A stretch of 63,193 nt of DNA, filler included, from Reclinomonas americana ATCC 50394 (taxonomy: Eukaryota), in assembly GCA_048213135.1 (NCBI GenBank). It is 13 parts of 13 records of this genome, joined end to end, with 100 filler letters (N's around TTAATTAATTAA, not from the genome) between each part and the next. Parts side by side here need not be neighbours in the genome. Positions count along the whole stretch, not along the records: positions 1 to 1,753 come from AFZH01021672.1; positions 1,854 to 7,669 come from AFZH01021673.1; positions 7,770 to 10,369 come from AFZH01021674.1; positions 10,470 to 17,868 come from AFZH01021675.1; 9 more parts are not named here. One strand, given 5' to 3'. A program made the position numbers and the translations under genes. Positions 1 to 14,706 of this stretch are shown piece by piece (positions within the stretch are counted from its first letter, which is position 1; each line of letters starts with the position of its first letter). The notes below the pieces were generated by a model. It saw only the letters and a list, made by a program, of their open reading frames with translations, ran no database searches and was not told the DNA's origin.

Positions 1-960
1 GAGAGAGAAGAGAGAGAGAGAGAGAGAGACGCAACTTGCCACATAGATGGTATACGCCCGGCGACAGAAGCGCGCACGAGCCAGTGGCCACGGCTCCCAG
101 CGCACCCTGCGAAAACGACGCGCCAGTGGCCACCGAGAATATGACGTAGAAGCCAGCCGAGTCAGTGGACTGCAGCGTGACGCTGGAACTCGGCGCTGCC
201 GATCCACTACAATCGGCGGCCGAGAACAGGCCAAACACCGCACCAGCGTCCGACGGCCGAAAGGGAAAGTGCTGTCCGGTCACCACAAGCCTGCTGCTGA
301 CGACACCATTGACGAATTGCTGCAACTTGTCCTCCACGGCAATTGTGTCTGTCAGAGGAATCGACGTCAACATGTCCAACACAGTGCATGCACAAAACCG
401 CATATGCATTGTACGACGAAACAGACAAACACAGTGGCCACAACTGAATTGCGAGTGACGGTGCCGCCAGCACCATCAACGTCGACGCACAGGTACCGTA
501 CGCCACCTGCCCTGTCGCCCGCTGCATTGAAGGTGAGGGTGGCGCCGTTGTTGGTGACAGTGGTCGGCGACGATGCGTTCGTGCATGAGCGGTCAAGTGA
601 GAGAGCGGCAGTGGACGATGCCGACCAAGCCACGGATCCGGACGTGCCGGTGACGCTGATGCTTACAATCTGACTGGCGACGCCGGCCTTGATGGCAATG
701 TTGGCGGGAGAGAGCGCTGAACGTCGCGAGTGCGGAAAGTGAGACAAAACACGAACGCAGCGAACACCACTAGTGCAATCTCATAATATACAAATTAAAG
801 GGGGACAGTGATACACGAGAGGAGCATGTACATGTTGGTTGTACACACGGCCAACTTGGCAATATATACAAACGCAACTGACGGCTGATGCGAACCCGGG
901 AGCCATGGCCAGAAAGACAACCAGCACGAGCAGCAGCAGTTGCAAATGCACACGCATCAT
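1..960 (-). CDS. Putative secreted or surface protein, multi-exon, 3' end runs off the window
   Basis: Signal-like N-terminus (MMRVHLQLLLLVLVVFLAMAPGFASA). Ser/Thr/Val-rich exons join in frame through a GT-AG intron (...NSVVATVFV|YTIAVEDKLQQFVNG...). No family recognised and the start is uncertain. Confidence 0.4.
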
Positions 961-1753
961 CAAAAGTGGTGCGCGCAGGCGCAGCAGTGGAGCGGTGGTA
1001 GTTGTCTTTGTCGCAATCAGCGCTTGCATCGACACGTGCGCCATGGCCATGTTACGCAACGCTGGGTGGTGGCGCAAGGATGAGGAACAGCAGCGCAAGT
1101 GACATGGGGAGAGGCTAATTATAAGCAGATGTACACGGGTGTAGACACGTAAAGGAGAAAACCAAGGCAGACGTGCGAATCTCTCATCAAGATGCGGCAA
1201 GGAGACACACAAAATGAAGAAGGAATCAGTGCTGGCTCCCCCTCTCACACCACCATCCTCTCCTCTAACTAATTCGTGCGGGAGTGCGGCCAGCAGCGCA
1301 AGCAGTGAACGCTCTTGTCTTCTGCGTACGCGTCGTCGATGTCTCACTCTGTGCCATGTTCGCCACGCTGCGCGCTGCGCAGCTACACACACGCAGCGCA
1401 GCGCACAACATGCTCTATCACATACGCACACAAACACACACCGGCTTATGTGCACAAACTCAAGAGGATTTCGCGCTGATGGGCGCGAAATGCGATGACC
1501 AATATATATGTATGACTCATGATCATTTATTGTACGAGCTCGTACGTGTCGTCCCACAACGGCTTTTGCAGCGTGCTGCTGCTGCTGCTGCCATGGAAGA
1601 ATAGACATCTTGATGGCTGTGAACAACTTGTACGTACTGCAGCTTCGTTTTTTTGTTGCCGTGTACCTACCGCGGTAATTGCATATATATGCATGCACGC
1701 TGCGCCTTGACTTTTGGGCGGGAACCGCTCCGTCGTGGTCGAGTTCCTCGTGG

Positions 1754-1853
1754 NNNNNNNNNNNNNNNNNNNNNNNNNNNNNNNNNNNNNNNNNNNNTTA
1801 ATTAATTAANNNNNNNNNNNNNNNNNNNNNNNNNNNNNNNNNNNNNNNNNNNN
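1754..1853. other. Artificial scaffold linker (N44-TTAATTAATTAA-N44), first of 12
   Basis: The identical 100-nt spacer with stops in all frames also occurs at 7670, 10370, 17869, 20141, 36587, 37995, 41719, 46914, 52915, 58333 and 60683. Confidence 0.99.
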
Positions 1854-3273
1854 TGTGACTTGACTGACATCTATTTTCTCATTTGTGTGTGTGCATGTGT
1901 AGTTGCGAGGTGTGCACGGCGGGCATTCGCGGCAAGTGTCCAGTGTGTCGCGCTGAGGTCCCGGCCGGAGTGCAGCTGCAGCTCAACAGGCCGCTGATGG
2001 ATCTCATGGAGCGCTTCCGCATGGTGGAGATTGGAGGAGGAGGAGGAGGGAGCACGCCGACACCCGCACCTCAGCAGCAGCAGCATCAGTCGCGGTCTGA
2101 CGATGGTGCCTCGTCATCATCCGCGGCCGCACCTGTGGTGGCTGGTGCAGAGGGCACAGCTGCTGCTGCAGCAGCTGGAGATGGTGAAGGGGCAGTGGCG
2201 GCAGCAGCAGGTGCAGCAGGAGCAGCAGCAGAGCCTCCGCCACCACCGGCGACTGCGGGAATGGTGCTGGAGGAGGGCGTGCTGGCGTGTGCGCGGTGTG
2301 GGGAGATGTCGTCGCCGGCGCATGGAGTGTATCGGCTGGCTGCGTGTGCGGGGCATGGCGTGCATGCGGCGTGCTTGGTGGCGGCGGTGCGGAGGCTGGT
2401 GGAGAGTCAGGATATGAGTGCGCAGCTCGAGTGTGGCGCCGGCGCATGCAATAGTCGTTGCGTGGAGGTGCCCGCCTGCTCGTTTTACTCCCCCCTCACC
2501 TGTCGCTCCTGTGCGCGCAGCTATACCGTTGATCATCGTGCAGCGCGCGTTGCGGTTCGCGGAGGAGACGGCGCTGCTGGATCAGTACGACGACTTTCTC
2601 AATCGGCAGTTCGCCTCGGGAGCGCGCATCACGCCGTGTCCGGGGGTGCGTGTCATGTGTCGATAACGTTCCTCCTCTGCGTCATGACGCAGGTTCCTCA
2701 TCTTGTGTGTGCGCGTCTCTCTCTCGCAGTGCGGCAGTTTTTGTCTGCCCGAGGATGCAATCGAGTTGGAGGCCGAGTGCATGTGTGGTGTCCATTTTTG
2801 CTTCAAGTGCGGACAAGAGTGGCGCAACCGGGGTCACCGCATGCCGTGTGGCAACGACGGCTGCGAGCCGTCCATCAACCAGCGCCTCGTGCTGTGCGAC
2901 GAACACGTTGCGTTTTTTTCGTTGCACACATTTTACATGTGCGCACACATATTCACGCGATGCTGTCGAACAGCGCGCTCTTCGACACGGTGTGCCGTCC
3001 ATGCGATTGTGCCCACACTGCAGTGCCCTGCTCGGTACGCTTGCCATCCGTGCGGCTTTTCACTCCCCCCGCATCATGATTTCTCACACCTGACTGTGAT
3101 TTTCGATTGCAGACTGCCACAACCTGGTGGAAAAGCACGTCAACTGCCCCCACTGCCACGGCAGATTCTGCATATCGTGCCTACGTGCGCCACGCAGCCC
3201 CGACGATAGGAATTGGTGCATGCACAATCGCCCATGCCTGGCGGCCCCCAGGCAGCGTCTCCTCGATCAGTGA
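1854..3273 (+). CDS. N-terminal RING + RBR (RING1-IBR-RING2) protein with the catalytic Cys substituted; 5' end lies in the gap
   Basis: CEVC...CPVCR..NRPLMDL RING; RING1 (CARC..YRLAAC.GH.VH.AC); IBR (CMCGVHFCFKC); RING2 spliced as MRLCPHCSALLDCHNLVEKHVNCPHCHGRFCISCL; ends CLAAPRQRLLDQ*. Confidence 0.8.
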
Positions 3274-3381
3274 GTGATGATGTCGCGCAGGTTGCGTCGC
3301 CCGTTGTCGCTAGTTTTTCCCCAGTCTTGTGCTGGCAACCAAATATAAAGCAGCCGCTAGCCGTTTCATTTTTTCACCTCC

Positions 3382-6207
3382 TCAATCATCGTCCTCCTCT
3401 ACGTATCCGTCGTATCCGCTCTCCACGGGGAAACCGGCCCCGCGTGGCAACATGGCCGCGCGCGCCAGCCGACCCGTCGGTTCCACTTCCGGCGTCGCCC
3501 CATCGATCGCCATCTCCGACTCCTCGTCTCCATCCGCTGGTACCTCCTCTACTGGCGCATGATAGCGCGGTGCTGCCGACAGCAGCAGCACCAGGTGCTT
3601 CAGCGACAGTTGCTCGGCCATGCGTTGTCCGCCCAGCACCGCAAACCGCTCCAGTGCCGCCGCGCTGCGCTGGAAGAGAACACGCAGGCACTCCTGGATC
3701 GCCGTCTTGCTCTCAGCGTCCAGCACGGTCTGCACACAGAGCTTCTACTCAGCCACGGTGGTCGACGGCGAGATTCACACACAAAGTAATTCTTGCCTGA
3801 CCTCTCTCATGGCGGCTCGTTCCAACGAACGTGCCATGTCCGTCAGCACCGTATTATTGGCACCCTCCTCCAGTCGCGTCACCAACGCCGAGTCGCGTGT
3901 GAGTCGATTCGTGTACGCTGCACGACGAGTGAGCTTCACGATAACAGCAGAAGCATCAATACTCCACACACACACACCTTGCACAAACTGGACCCACAAC
4001 GGTTGCACGATGCTCCACTCCGCCGTCTCAGCTGCGCTTTCAGCTGCCACGCGAGTTCCCCACACGAGAAACGCATCACAAGCCAACCACAACGCGAGAT
4101 GCTCTTCCTCCGTGAGCTCGCCCACCGCCGACTCGTACACAATTGCGTGCAGCGCCAAGCACGCCAAGTGTGCAGTCACCTGAGACGCACGTGCAGAGGT
4201 CAGCGCTGCTGCAGTAAGTACAGGCACTTCCAAATGCACCCGCCTCATCCCACGGGCCGAAACGATACTCGGGCGAGGCGAGTTTGCGCGCCAGGAACAC
4301 ACTTACTGCCGTGTGGCGATTGCGGAAGGTGCTGGGCGAGGCCGTCAGCACATTGTCCAAGATGCACAGGGCGCAGGCGGTCGGCTGATCTCGGGCAAAC
4401 GCCGCTTGCACAAACTCGGCGACGCGCAGGTGACCGTGAAAGGCGATGAAGCGCTCACACGCATCGGCGTCCGTTGTGAGTTGCATGAAGAACGGCAGCA
4501 GCAGCGCGAACCTGCGCGGCAAGTATCAGCCATCTCCATTCATACCTTTTGCGCGGTACACACATCAACAAACCCGTCGCCCTTGAACTGGTGCAGAATG
4601 AGATACGGCAGCAACTCGTCCACCTCGGTCGTCAACATGTCGCTCTCGTCGGAAAAGTACACGCTAAATATTCGCAGACAGGCGAGCGTGACATCGGGGT
4701 GCGGGTCTTGCTCGCCGCGATTGAGAGCATCACGCCGCTCGCGAAAGTAGTGCAGCAGCGAGGTCGCAGACTCTTGTAATCTGCGAAGCAGGAACTGCAA
4801 CTTCTCGGCCGGCAGCGTGGTCAGCGGTCCGTCGTCCACTGCACACGGAATGATGAGTTTCTTTTTCGGTGAGGACGCATGGCAGGCATGCAGGCACGCA
4901 CTGCACAGCTCGCGAATAAACGACTCCAGGATCTGGAAGCACACCGGCAACATCACGCGCGCCTCCTCCGTCATTCTCTCTTGCTCCAGCAATACGCGAA
5001 CCTCCACATGCGTCAGGTCGAGGGCCAGCGACGCAAACGTGCCGAGTTCCTTTGCATCTCGGAGAGATGATGATGACGCGTCAACAAACAGCGATTTCGT
5101 CAGCACCTCCTCGATCATCCACGCCGACCCGGCGTACTCCATCATGACAGACAGCAGTCGGAGTGCCGAGAGACGCTGCGGATGTTCTGCGGAGGAGAGA
5201 CACAGTGCGAGTGCACGTGAGGTCCAGGTGCCACACGCTCTCTCCACGCGCACGGTTACCTGCTCGACGAATGCTGGCGAGAACAGCGTAGAGTCCACGC
5301 CGGACTTGCCTCAGCCATTCCTGCACACACACACACACACACAGATACACATAAGCGTACTGACATCAACTTGAAGCGAGAGAAAGACCAAGAGGGGACG
5401 AACCGGTCGCGGATCATCGACACCAGCAGTGGCCAATGCCAGCGTCGCCGACAGCACGTCCACAGCCGCCATCTTGACCTCGCCACCGCTCTCTGCCTTG
5501 CTCAGCACCCCAGCCAGCACCGACGCCAGTCGCCGAACCTCTGCAACGCGCATCAGCGGAACAACAACGCACCAGGGAAGAGACAACTCACGATCCGCCT
5601 CCAGCCCAGCTCTCCCCTCCACGTGCTGCAGACACCGCGAGGCCACCTGCAACAGGCCAACAGGCACCACCTCCAGTCCCGACTCGACCACGCACAGCAT
5701 GGCGAGGCGCACCAGCAACGCCGACTGCTCCACTCGCGGCACCCACTGCAGTGCACACAACACCGCCATCTCCACAATGCTCTGTGTGCGCCAACACGCA
5801 GGCAACGCCACACACAGTGCCTCCACTGCTGCCTCTGCACTCTCCACCATCTCCGCCACCGCAGCACTGCTGCTCAGCACCTCTAATGCCACCTGCGCGT
5901 ACAGTTCATCCTTGCCTGCGGAACCTGCGCACTCGCTCTCTCGCATGAGAGAAGGAGGAGGAAAAGGGGAGGAGATGGCATGTATAACGCAACGCAGAAG
6001 AGAGAGGAGGAAACGCGGAGTCACACACTCCACTGCTCGTTGCACAGAGTCGACATCAGTGGAGGCGATCACTCGGGGCACGAGGAGCAGTCCGGCGAGC
6101 TTCTCTGTGTGTTGAGAGTGTCACTAGTGTGTGTGAAAGAGAGAAAGAGAGAGAGAGAAGAAACCTTCGTTGGTGGCGCCAGAGAGAAGGCGGAAGCATT
6201 GCTCCAT
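3382..6207 (-). CDS. Neurochondrin-like HEAT/ARM protein
   Basis: The spliced N-terminus MEQCFRLLSGATNEEKLAGLLLVPRVI...VTPRFLLSLLR matches the neurochondrin N-terminal pattern. Leucine-rich helical exons and an acidic C-terminus follow. Confidence 0.7.
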
Positions 6208-6522
6208 GAAAGGACTTTGAGAATTTTGTGACAGAAGAAAGGGACTTTTGAACTACGAACTTCGGCCTTTCTTTCTGCATGCATGCAACACGCCATTGTC
6301 ATCGTTTCACTGGCGGCAACAAAAAAAGAGAGACACGGAAGTGTACAACAGACAGCGGCGAAGTGGAAATACACAATCAGTTGGTGGGGCGGGTGCGTCG
6401 GCAAGGCAGCTGCAGGGCAAACCAACACATCCTGCAGGCGACCGACGCAGACGCCGCGGGCAAACATCAAGGAGTGACTTTGTACAGGGGGGAAAGTAGA
6501 GGAGAGGAGGAATAATACAGTC

Positions 6523-8745
<2,223 letters not shown>

Positions 8746-9360
8746 CTTCTCTCTTCTCTTTCTTTCTCTCTCTTTTGATCACACACAGTCACACAACACG
8801 CGCGGTCTCTTTGCTCTCTTTTTTTGGTTCGCTTGGTGGAACGGGAATCGCCTCCTCTCGCAAGAAAACGCTGCTGATTTTGTGTCGGTTTTGTGATGGG
8901 ACACGACGTTCACTCTGCTTTTGCGCGGTGGAGCCCCACTCGATGGAAAGCACGAAGCAACGACAATGTGCTGCACCGAGAATCGACCGGCGGCACGTGC
9001 TTTTTTGCGCTTATCCACGTGCGCCGCGAAGTATTCAATATCGATATCAACGTCGACGTCGCGAGACCTGTCTCTGGCTCACCAAACCGGCGGCCTGTTG
9101 CAGCATGTGTAATGAACTTGTAGAGGTGACGGTTGGCAATGCACCCGCACAGGGCGCGCCACCAAGGACCGACCACAATACATGACACAGTTCGAATTCG
9201 AACAAAAAGCGACGACACTCGACTCCACCGCGATCACCGACGCTTGCCACTTGCCTGAGTGCAATGCGCATGACCATCCGCGCATGCCAGTGAGCACAGC
9301 AAAGTGCAAAGGGCGCGCATTTTGTCCAAAAGAGCACGCCACACATTACAAACTCGCACA

Positions 9361-10369
9361 ATGAGCACAGCGGACGACGATGACGACGACAGCCATCGAA
9401 GAGGAGGCGCCACTGTCGCCAAGGACGATGATGATGACGACGAAGGGAGCGCACTGTTGCGCGCCAGCGAGTCACTGATGGAGGTGCCGCTGTGGTACCA
9501 CGCACAGCATCCGCCGCGACTGATGCAACAGAGTCGCGTGGCCGAGGGCGCCGTGTGGTCGCTCTCCTCCGATGCCGACATGCAGCGATGGCTGGTCGCT
9601 GGCTCCGACTCGGGCTTCACCGTGGTGGTCGACGTGCAGCGTGTCACCGCCGACAAGGCCGACGAGGGTACGTGTGCTTGTTTGCGCATTTGGCGCGCAA
9701 AGAATCGCGCGCACTGACTGAATCGTCTTCCTTTCGCCAGCGGCTGTGGTTGAGGTGCGCTCGCACACTGGCATCGTGTCGGGCATGTCTCACGTGCCTC
9801 GATCCGACTGCTTTGTGTCGGTGAGCGCCGATGGCTCAGTCGCGGCTGTCCGTGCGTCGACGACACCCCCGACGGTGGTCTCGCTGTCGCGACAGGGCTC
9901 GGGCGCCACCGCCTTTATGAGTGTCGTGGTGTGTCCGTCGGGAAGGCATGTGGCCACGGGCGGAGGCGACACGGTGGTGCGCGTGTATGGCCTGGAGGTG
10001 GATGAGTTGGGCGCGGAAGGGGTGATCCCGTCGGCCTCGGTTCGTCTGGGCCGACTGCTCGTCGAGCTTCGTGGGCACACGAAGGTGCGTTGTTTGTGCG
10101 CGGCCGTGCTGCATGCTGCTCTCCACTCACCGTGTCGCAGAGCGTGGAGGGGCTGGCGTTCTCCAACAATGGAACCATGCTGGCGTCGGTGTCGCGCGAT
10201 GGATCGTTGCGCTTGTGGAATGTTGGTGAGCCGGCGACGGCGCATCGCGATGTGCTCAACAGTGAGCCGCTGTCGCGCGTGGCGTGGTCGCCCGACTCGC
10301 GCCGTGTGGCTGTCACACACTTCATCTCGGGTCCGTCGGCTGTCGTCGTGTTCGACGTGGTCACCGGTC
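9361..10369 (+). CDS. WD40-repeat protein, 3' part lies in the gap
   Basis: SHTGIVSGM..CFVSVSADGSV; VATGGGDTVVRVY; LRGHTK|SVEGLAFSNNGTMLASVSRDGSLRLWNV; VAWSPDSRRVA. Confidence 0.85.
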
Positions 10370-10469
10370 NNNNNNNNNNNNNNNNNNNNNNNNNNNNNNN
10401 NNNNNNNNNNNNNTTAATTAATTAANNNNNNNNNNNNNNNNNNNNNNNNNNNNNNNNNNNNNNNNNNNN

Positions 10470-12764
10470 CCTGCCTTCCTGCCTTGGGCTGTGAGCTGAC
10501 TTTGTGTGTTCAGCAACTTGCGCATCATTCGTCACATGACGCGCGAGGAGGCCGTGGAGATTCTCACGCGTGTGGGAGCGGATAGTGGGCGCGCGCATCC
10601 GACGTTGGTGCCTGGATGCCGCGTGGAGTGCATCCGCGAAGTGGGCCCCATTCATGTCGGCGGTGTGTGCTTGTGTTGCTTTGCATGTTGGTTGTCCGCA
10701 GTCGCTTATCCGCGCACGCAGACCAAGGTACGCTGTGGGATCATGACGACTCGCCGCCGACTTGGTGCGTGCTCATATCACGGCTCTCGTGTCTTATGTC
10801 ATGTGTTAACTTTATTTGTGTGTGCGTGCGTGCGCAGCTACGTCACGTGGGATCGACAGGATTTGCAGACCGAGGCCACGCAGCCGATTCGCGCGCAACT
10901 GGCGGGCGCTCGCGCCGCCAGCGGCTACTGGTGCAACGACGCGTGAGTAGTCGTAGTAGCAGTCGCGAGATAGATGCGCATGTGCGTGTGCGTTCCGCGT
11001 GGCGACTCATGTTCTGTTTTATTGCCGTAGGGATTTGCGTGTGGTTTCACCGCCGGGTGAGGGTGCTAGTGCCGCTGGTCCCGGTCGTTTCTTGGCGAGC
11101 GGCTCGTCGGCGGCCGCTCCTCGAGTACCGGTGCGGTCGGTCGGTGCCCCCAGCGGCCAGACCTACCAGCAACTCAGCGACTACGCCGAGCACTTGCGCA
11201 ACAGCACCGGCAGTCGTGTGCGAGTGGTCGTTGCGTACGGCAACGTCCAAGTCGGCGGTATGTGGTCGACGCACATTTGTTATTTGCCTGCTGTGCACTT
11301 GTTATTGATTGTGGTTGGCAGATATCGGCAAGCTGCAGTTTGTCGACTACTTGCCGCCGGAGGACATGATTACGGAGGCTTACCCGCCACCATGGTTTGT
11401 GGTGCTTTGCAAGCAAGGTCTATATTCTGCGAGCTCACAATATTCCGTGAATTACAGCTACGTCACATTCGACCGCGAGCTCAATTCAACTGCCGAGGTT
11501 CCGCCAGCGCACGACTTGTACGACGTGAATCCGCCGCGTTCACGCGGAGCGTGGGTTCCTGTGGAGTTGCGCCGCGAAATTGTTCGATATTTTTTGATGC
11601 CGTGTTTTGATGCTCACATATAAGTGCAGGTGCCTGCAAGTGGAGAACTCGAGCCGCGCCCCACCGAACTCACCGCCGCCGCCCTCCTCATCGCGTGCGC
11701 GACCATCGCTCCCCGCCGGCGTGCAAGTGATGACCGACCAAAGTCTACAGTGTGTCGTCTGCACCGACCGCAGCGGCTCCGTCTACCGTCTGCAGTGCAC
11801 GCACGGAATACACGGCGAGTGCATTCGTGACTCCATTGGCCCTCTGGTGGCCTCGGACTCGCGTCATCCGCTCAAGTGCCAGCAGCGCGGATGCACCCAG
11901 GGTGAGTGGCTTCATTCGTGATTGAATTGAATCTCACCCTGCCATCTCACTGTTGGTCGCAGCGGTCCCGCTGGAGGTGGTGCACCATGCCGCCGTCGAG
12001 GGCGGCTTCGAGCCGGCCGCCGGACAGTACTTTGACCTGCTCAATCGTCAGTTTGTCATGAGTGGCAAGTCCAAGACGTGCCCGCGGGTGTGTTTCCACT
12101 GCTCCCTCTTGTCATCATTTCACGGCGCACTGCTCACGTTTTTTTCGTGCTTACAGTGCCGTGCATCCATCATGCCCGAGGATCCGAACCTGCGTCAGGT
12201 CACCTGCGCTCTCTGCAACACTCGGTGAGCATGAACTGCCGCCTCGTCCTCGTTGCTGGCGGTATCCTCACTCCCACACTCTGCGTCACAGTTTCTGCAT
12301 GCGCTGTCAGAGCCAGTGGCGGGATGCTGCCAACCAACAGTGGTGCGGCAACGATCAGTGTGACTCGGTCGGTCCCAACTCTCTGCTGCGCACGTGCGCC
12401 ACCAAGTCCATCTCCGGCCTTCCTGGCCAGGTGCCGATCATGCGTGCGTGCCCCTCGTGTCACTATGTGCAAGGTGTGGTGCACGACAGAGGACAATTTT
12501 GATTGTGCGTCCTCGTGTAGCTCACTCCTGTCACTGCAGAGCACTCTACGGCCTGCAAACATATGGCATGCCAGCAGTGCGGCGTCAATTACTGCTTCCG
12601 CTGTCTACTTCCACAGCGCAATGGCTTGTGGCAGTTTCGTTGACAAGAACCGCTGCTGTCATCGTCGTCCGTCCGTGTGCTAATCATTTTCCTCTCGCGC
12701 CAACAGGTGTGGTTCATTCCTCGACCCGTGCAATGTTGCACCTCGGCAAACCGTACCCGAATAA
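10470..12764 (+). CDS. RBR E3 ubiquitin ligase with at least two CPH/SH3-like modules; 5' end lies in the gap
   Basis: Modules LVPGCRVECIREVGPIHVGDQGTLW..YVTWDR and DYAEHLRNSTGSRVRVVVAYGNVQVGDIGKL..YVTFDR; RING1 (CVVC..YRLQCTHGIHGEC); IBR; RING2 MRACPSCHYVQEHSTACKHMACQQCGVNYCFRC; ends CNVAPRQTVPE*. Confidence 0.88.
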
Positions 12765-12962
12765 GAAGCGTGCGCCGTCTTTGCACTCTCGCCAGTGCTG
12801 CGTCGCTCCACAAGATTTCTTGTTTCCTTTTGTCGGTCCTTCTCGTTGTTTGATTTCCATCCTCCCAAAATACACGCGTACATCGTGTCAGTCAGCCTCC
12901 AAACTCTGCTGACAGTTTTTACTTTTTGTTGTCGGCATTTGGCCATCTCCCCTCATCAGTAA

Positions 12963-14563
12963 CTAGTAGAAGCCACCGCCAATTGCCCCGTATCGCCCGC
13001 GCCCGATGCCAGCAGCGCGACCTCGATCGTACAGCTGCGCAGAAATATGAGCGAGTCCACATACACACACACACACAAACGAGGGTGCCACATCATACGC
13101 AACGTCATAGAAACGCTGCACAGCACATGCATACGGTCAGTCGCACAATTAAACAAAACTCAAGAATCGCATCGCGCACGCAACATCGTCCTCGTCGTGT
13201 CGCCGCCTGCCCCCTCCCCCTCCACCCATGTGCACGGAACGCCAGTATTCGTCACGTCGCGGGGCAGAGACACACGATTCGCTGCCGCACCACGTCGAAC
13301 CCTCGCGGCGGCGCCAGCGCGATCCACATCGGAAGCAAAAGTCGGTGTCGCAGAGGCCGCAGCGACCGCGCGAGGCGCCGGGAAAGTCACTCATGCAGTA
13401 GCTCGAGCACTGCGTACAAGCGGAGGTCATTTCGGGAGAGAGAAACAGAGAGAAAACACACAGAGAGAGAGACGGAACCTGCGGGCACGCCACAATGTGC
13501 GACTGGTCAGCCCATGATTGGTTCAGCATGGCCTCGTACTCCTGCAGCAGCGCCTCTTCACCCGCTCGCAGCAGCGCATGCTGCACGGCGACCAGCGACA
13601 CGGCTTCGCAGAAACAACAACGACATAAGACGAAAAAAGCAACCGAACCAAACAGACAGCGCAGAACCACGCACGGATATCACACGAGCGATCGCCACAC
13701 TTGAGCTGCTCCGGGTGTGCCGAGTCCCTGTTGCTGGCCACCAACGCCTGCACCTTGTCCAACAAGCAGTGCGCATGGACCTCATGCTGACACGGCAGGC
13801 GGTAGCGCGGCTCATCGAGCGCCAACTCCTTGCAAATGCGACACTGGCCACTCTTTCCACGGTCAAGGAACTGCACACCGCTGTCGCCAAGCACCGGAAG
13901 CTCGCTCTCTGGCACCGACTGCCCCGGCCCACGACGCACCTGCGCGCATGCATGGCCACAGTAAGCGTGCGCGCGCGCGACAAGCCAAGTCGAGCGGACA
14001 GTACCTCTCCCGGCGGAGGCTGTGCAGGACCTGCCTCACCGCCCTCTGGTCGCACAGGAGCCGCACGAGGCACAGCGACTACAACAGGACCCTGCGGCTG
14101 TGCCTGCACAGGAGGCTGAGGCTGCGCAGGCTGAGAAGGCTGAGGAGGAGGAGGAGGCGACGGATCGACGCCTGCTGGACCGGCCCCCGAGGCCTCCACA
14201 ATGCCAAGTCGCACGGCCTCCCGTTGCACGCGCTTCAGCTGCACTATGAGATCAATCAGCGGCTGGTTCACCTCAAAGACGCCATCGACCGCGGCCTGCA
14301 CTCGCGCGCTGCTGCCTCTGCACAGAGGACACATGCTCTCCGCGGTCAGCGACTGTGAGCATTGACGACACCTGTGTGTGCACACAGAGTAGTGTCAGTG
14401 AGCAGGCACAGGCACAGGCAGAGAGACAGACAGAGAGACACAACATGCAGTGTCCCTGTCCGCAGCGGAGAAACACGGGCATTTCCGACTCTTGCTCGTC
14501 GCTGTAGTTCTGGAAGCACACAGGGCACTGTGCAAGGTTCAGCGCCTCCTCCAATACGTTCAT
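12963..14563 (-). CDS. N-terminal RING + RING1 + IBR protein lacking RING2
   Basis: MNVLEEALNLAQCPVCFQNY..CGQGH..CPLCR..NQPLIDL; RING1 CRIC..YRLPCQHEVHAHC; IBR CGLCDTDFCFRC; then a short Gly/Arg tail. The 3' exons are less certain. Confidence 0.75.
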
Positions 14564-14706
14564 TGTGCGTGTGTGTGTGTGTGTATGTAAAGAGCCTTGC
14601 TGTCAGAGACGCAAGCAAGAGTGGGTGAGAAGCGCGGAATATTTGCGTGTCCCGTCCGCAAGGCTTATCTATCGTCCGCTCACTCACTCTCTCACTCACT
14701 CCGTCC

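Noticed and set aside
349..440. Apparent non-AG intron flanked by a CACTGTGTT direct repeat
   Set aside because: A canonical GTTTCG...GACAG intron restores the frame, so no non-canonical splicing is needed.
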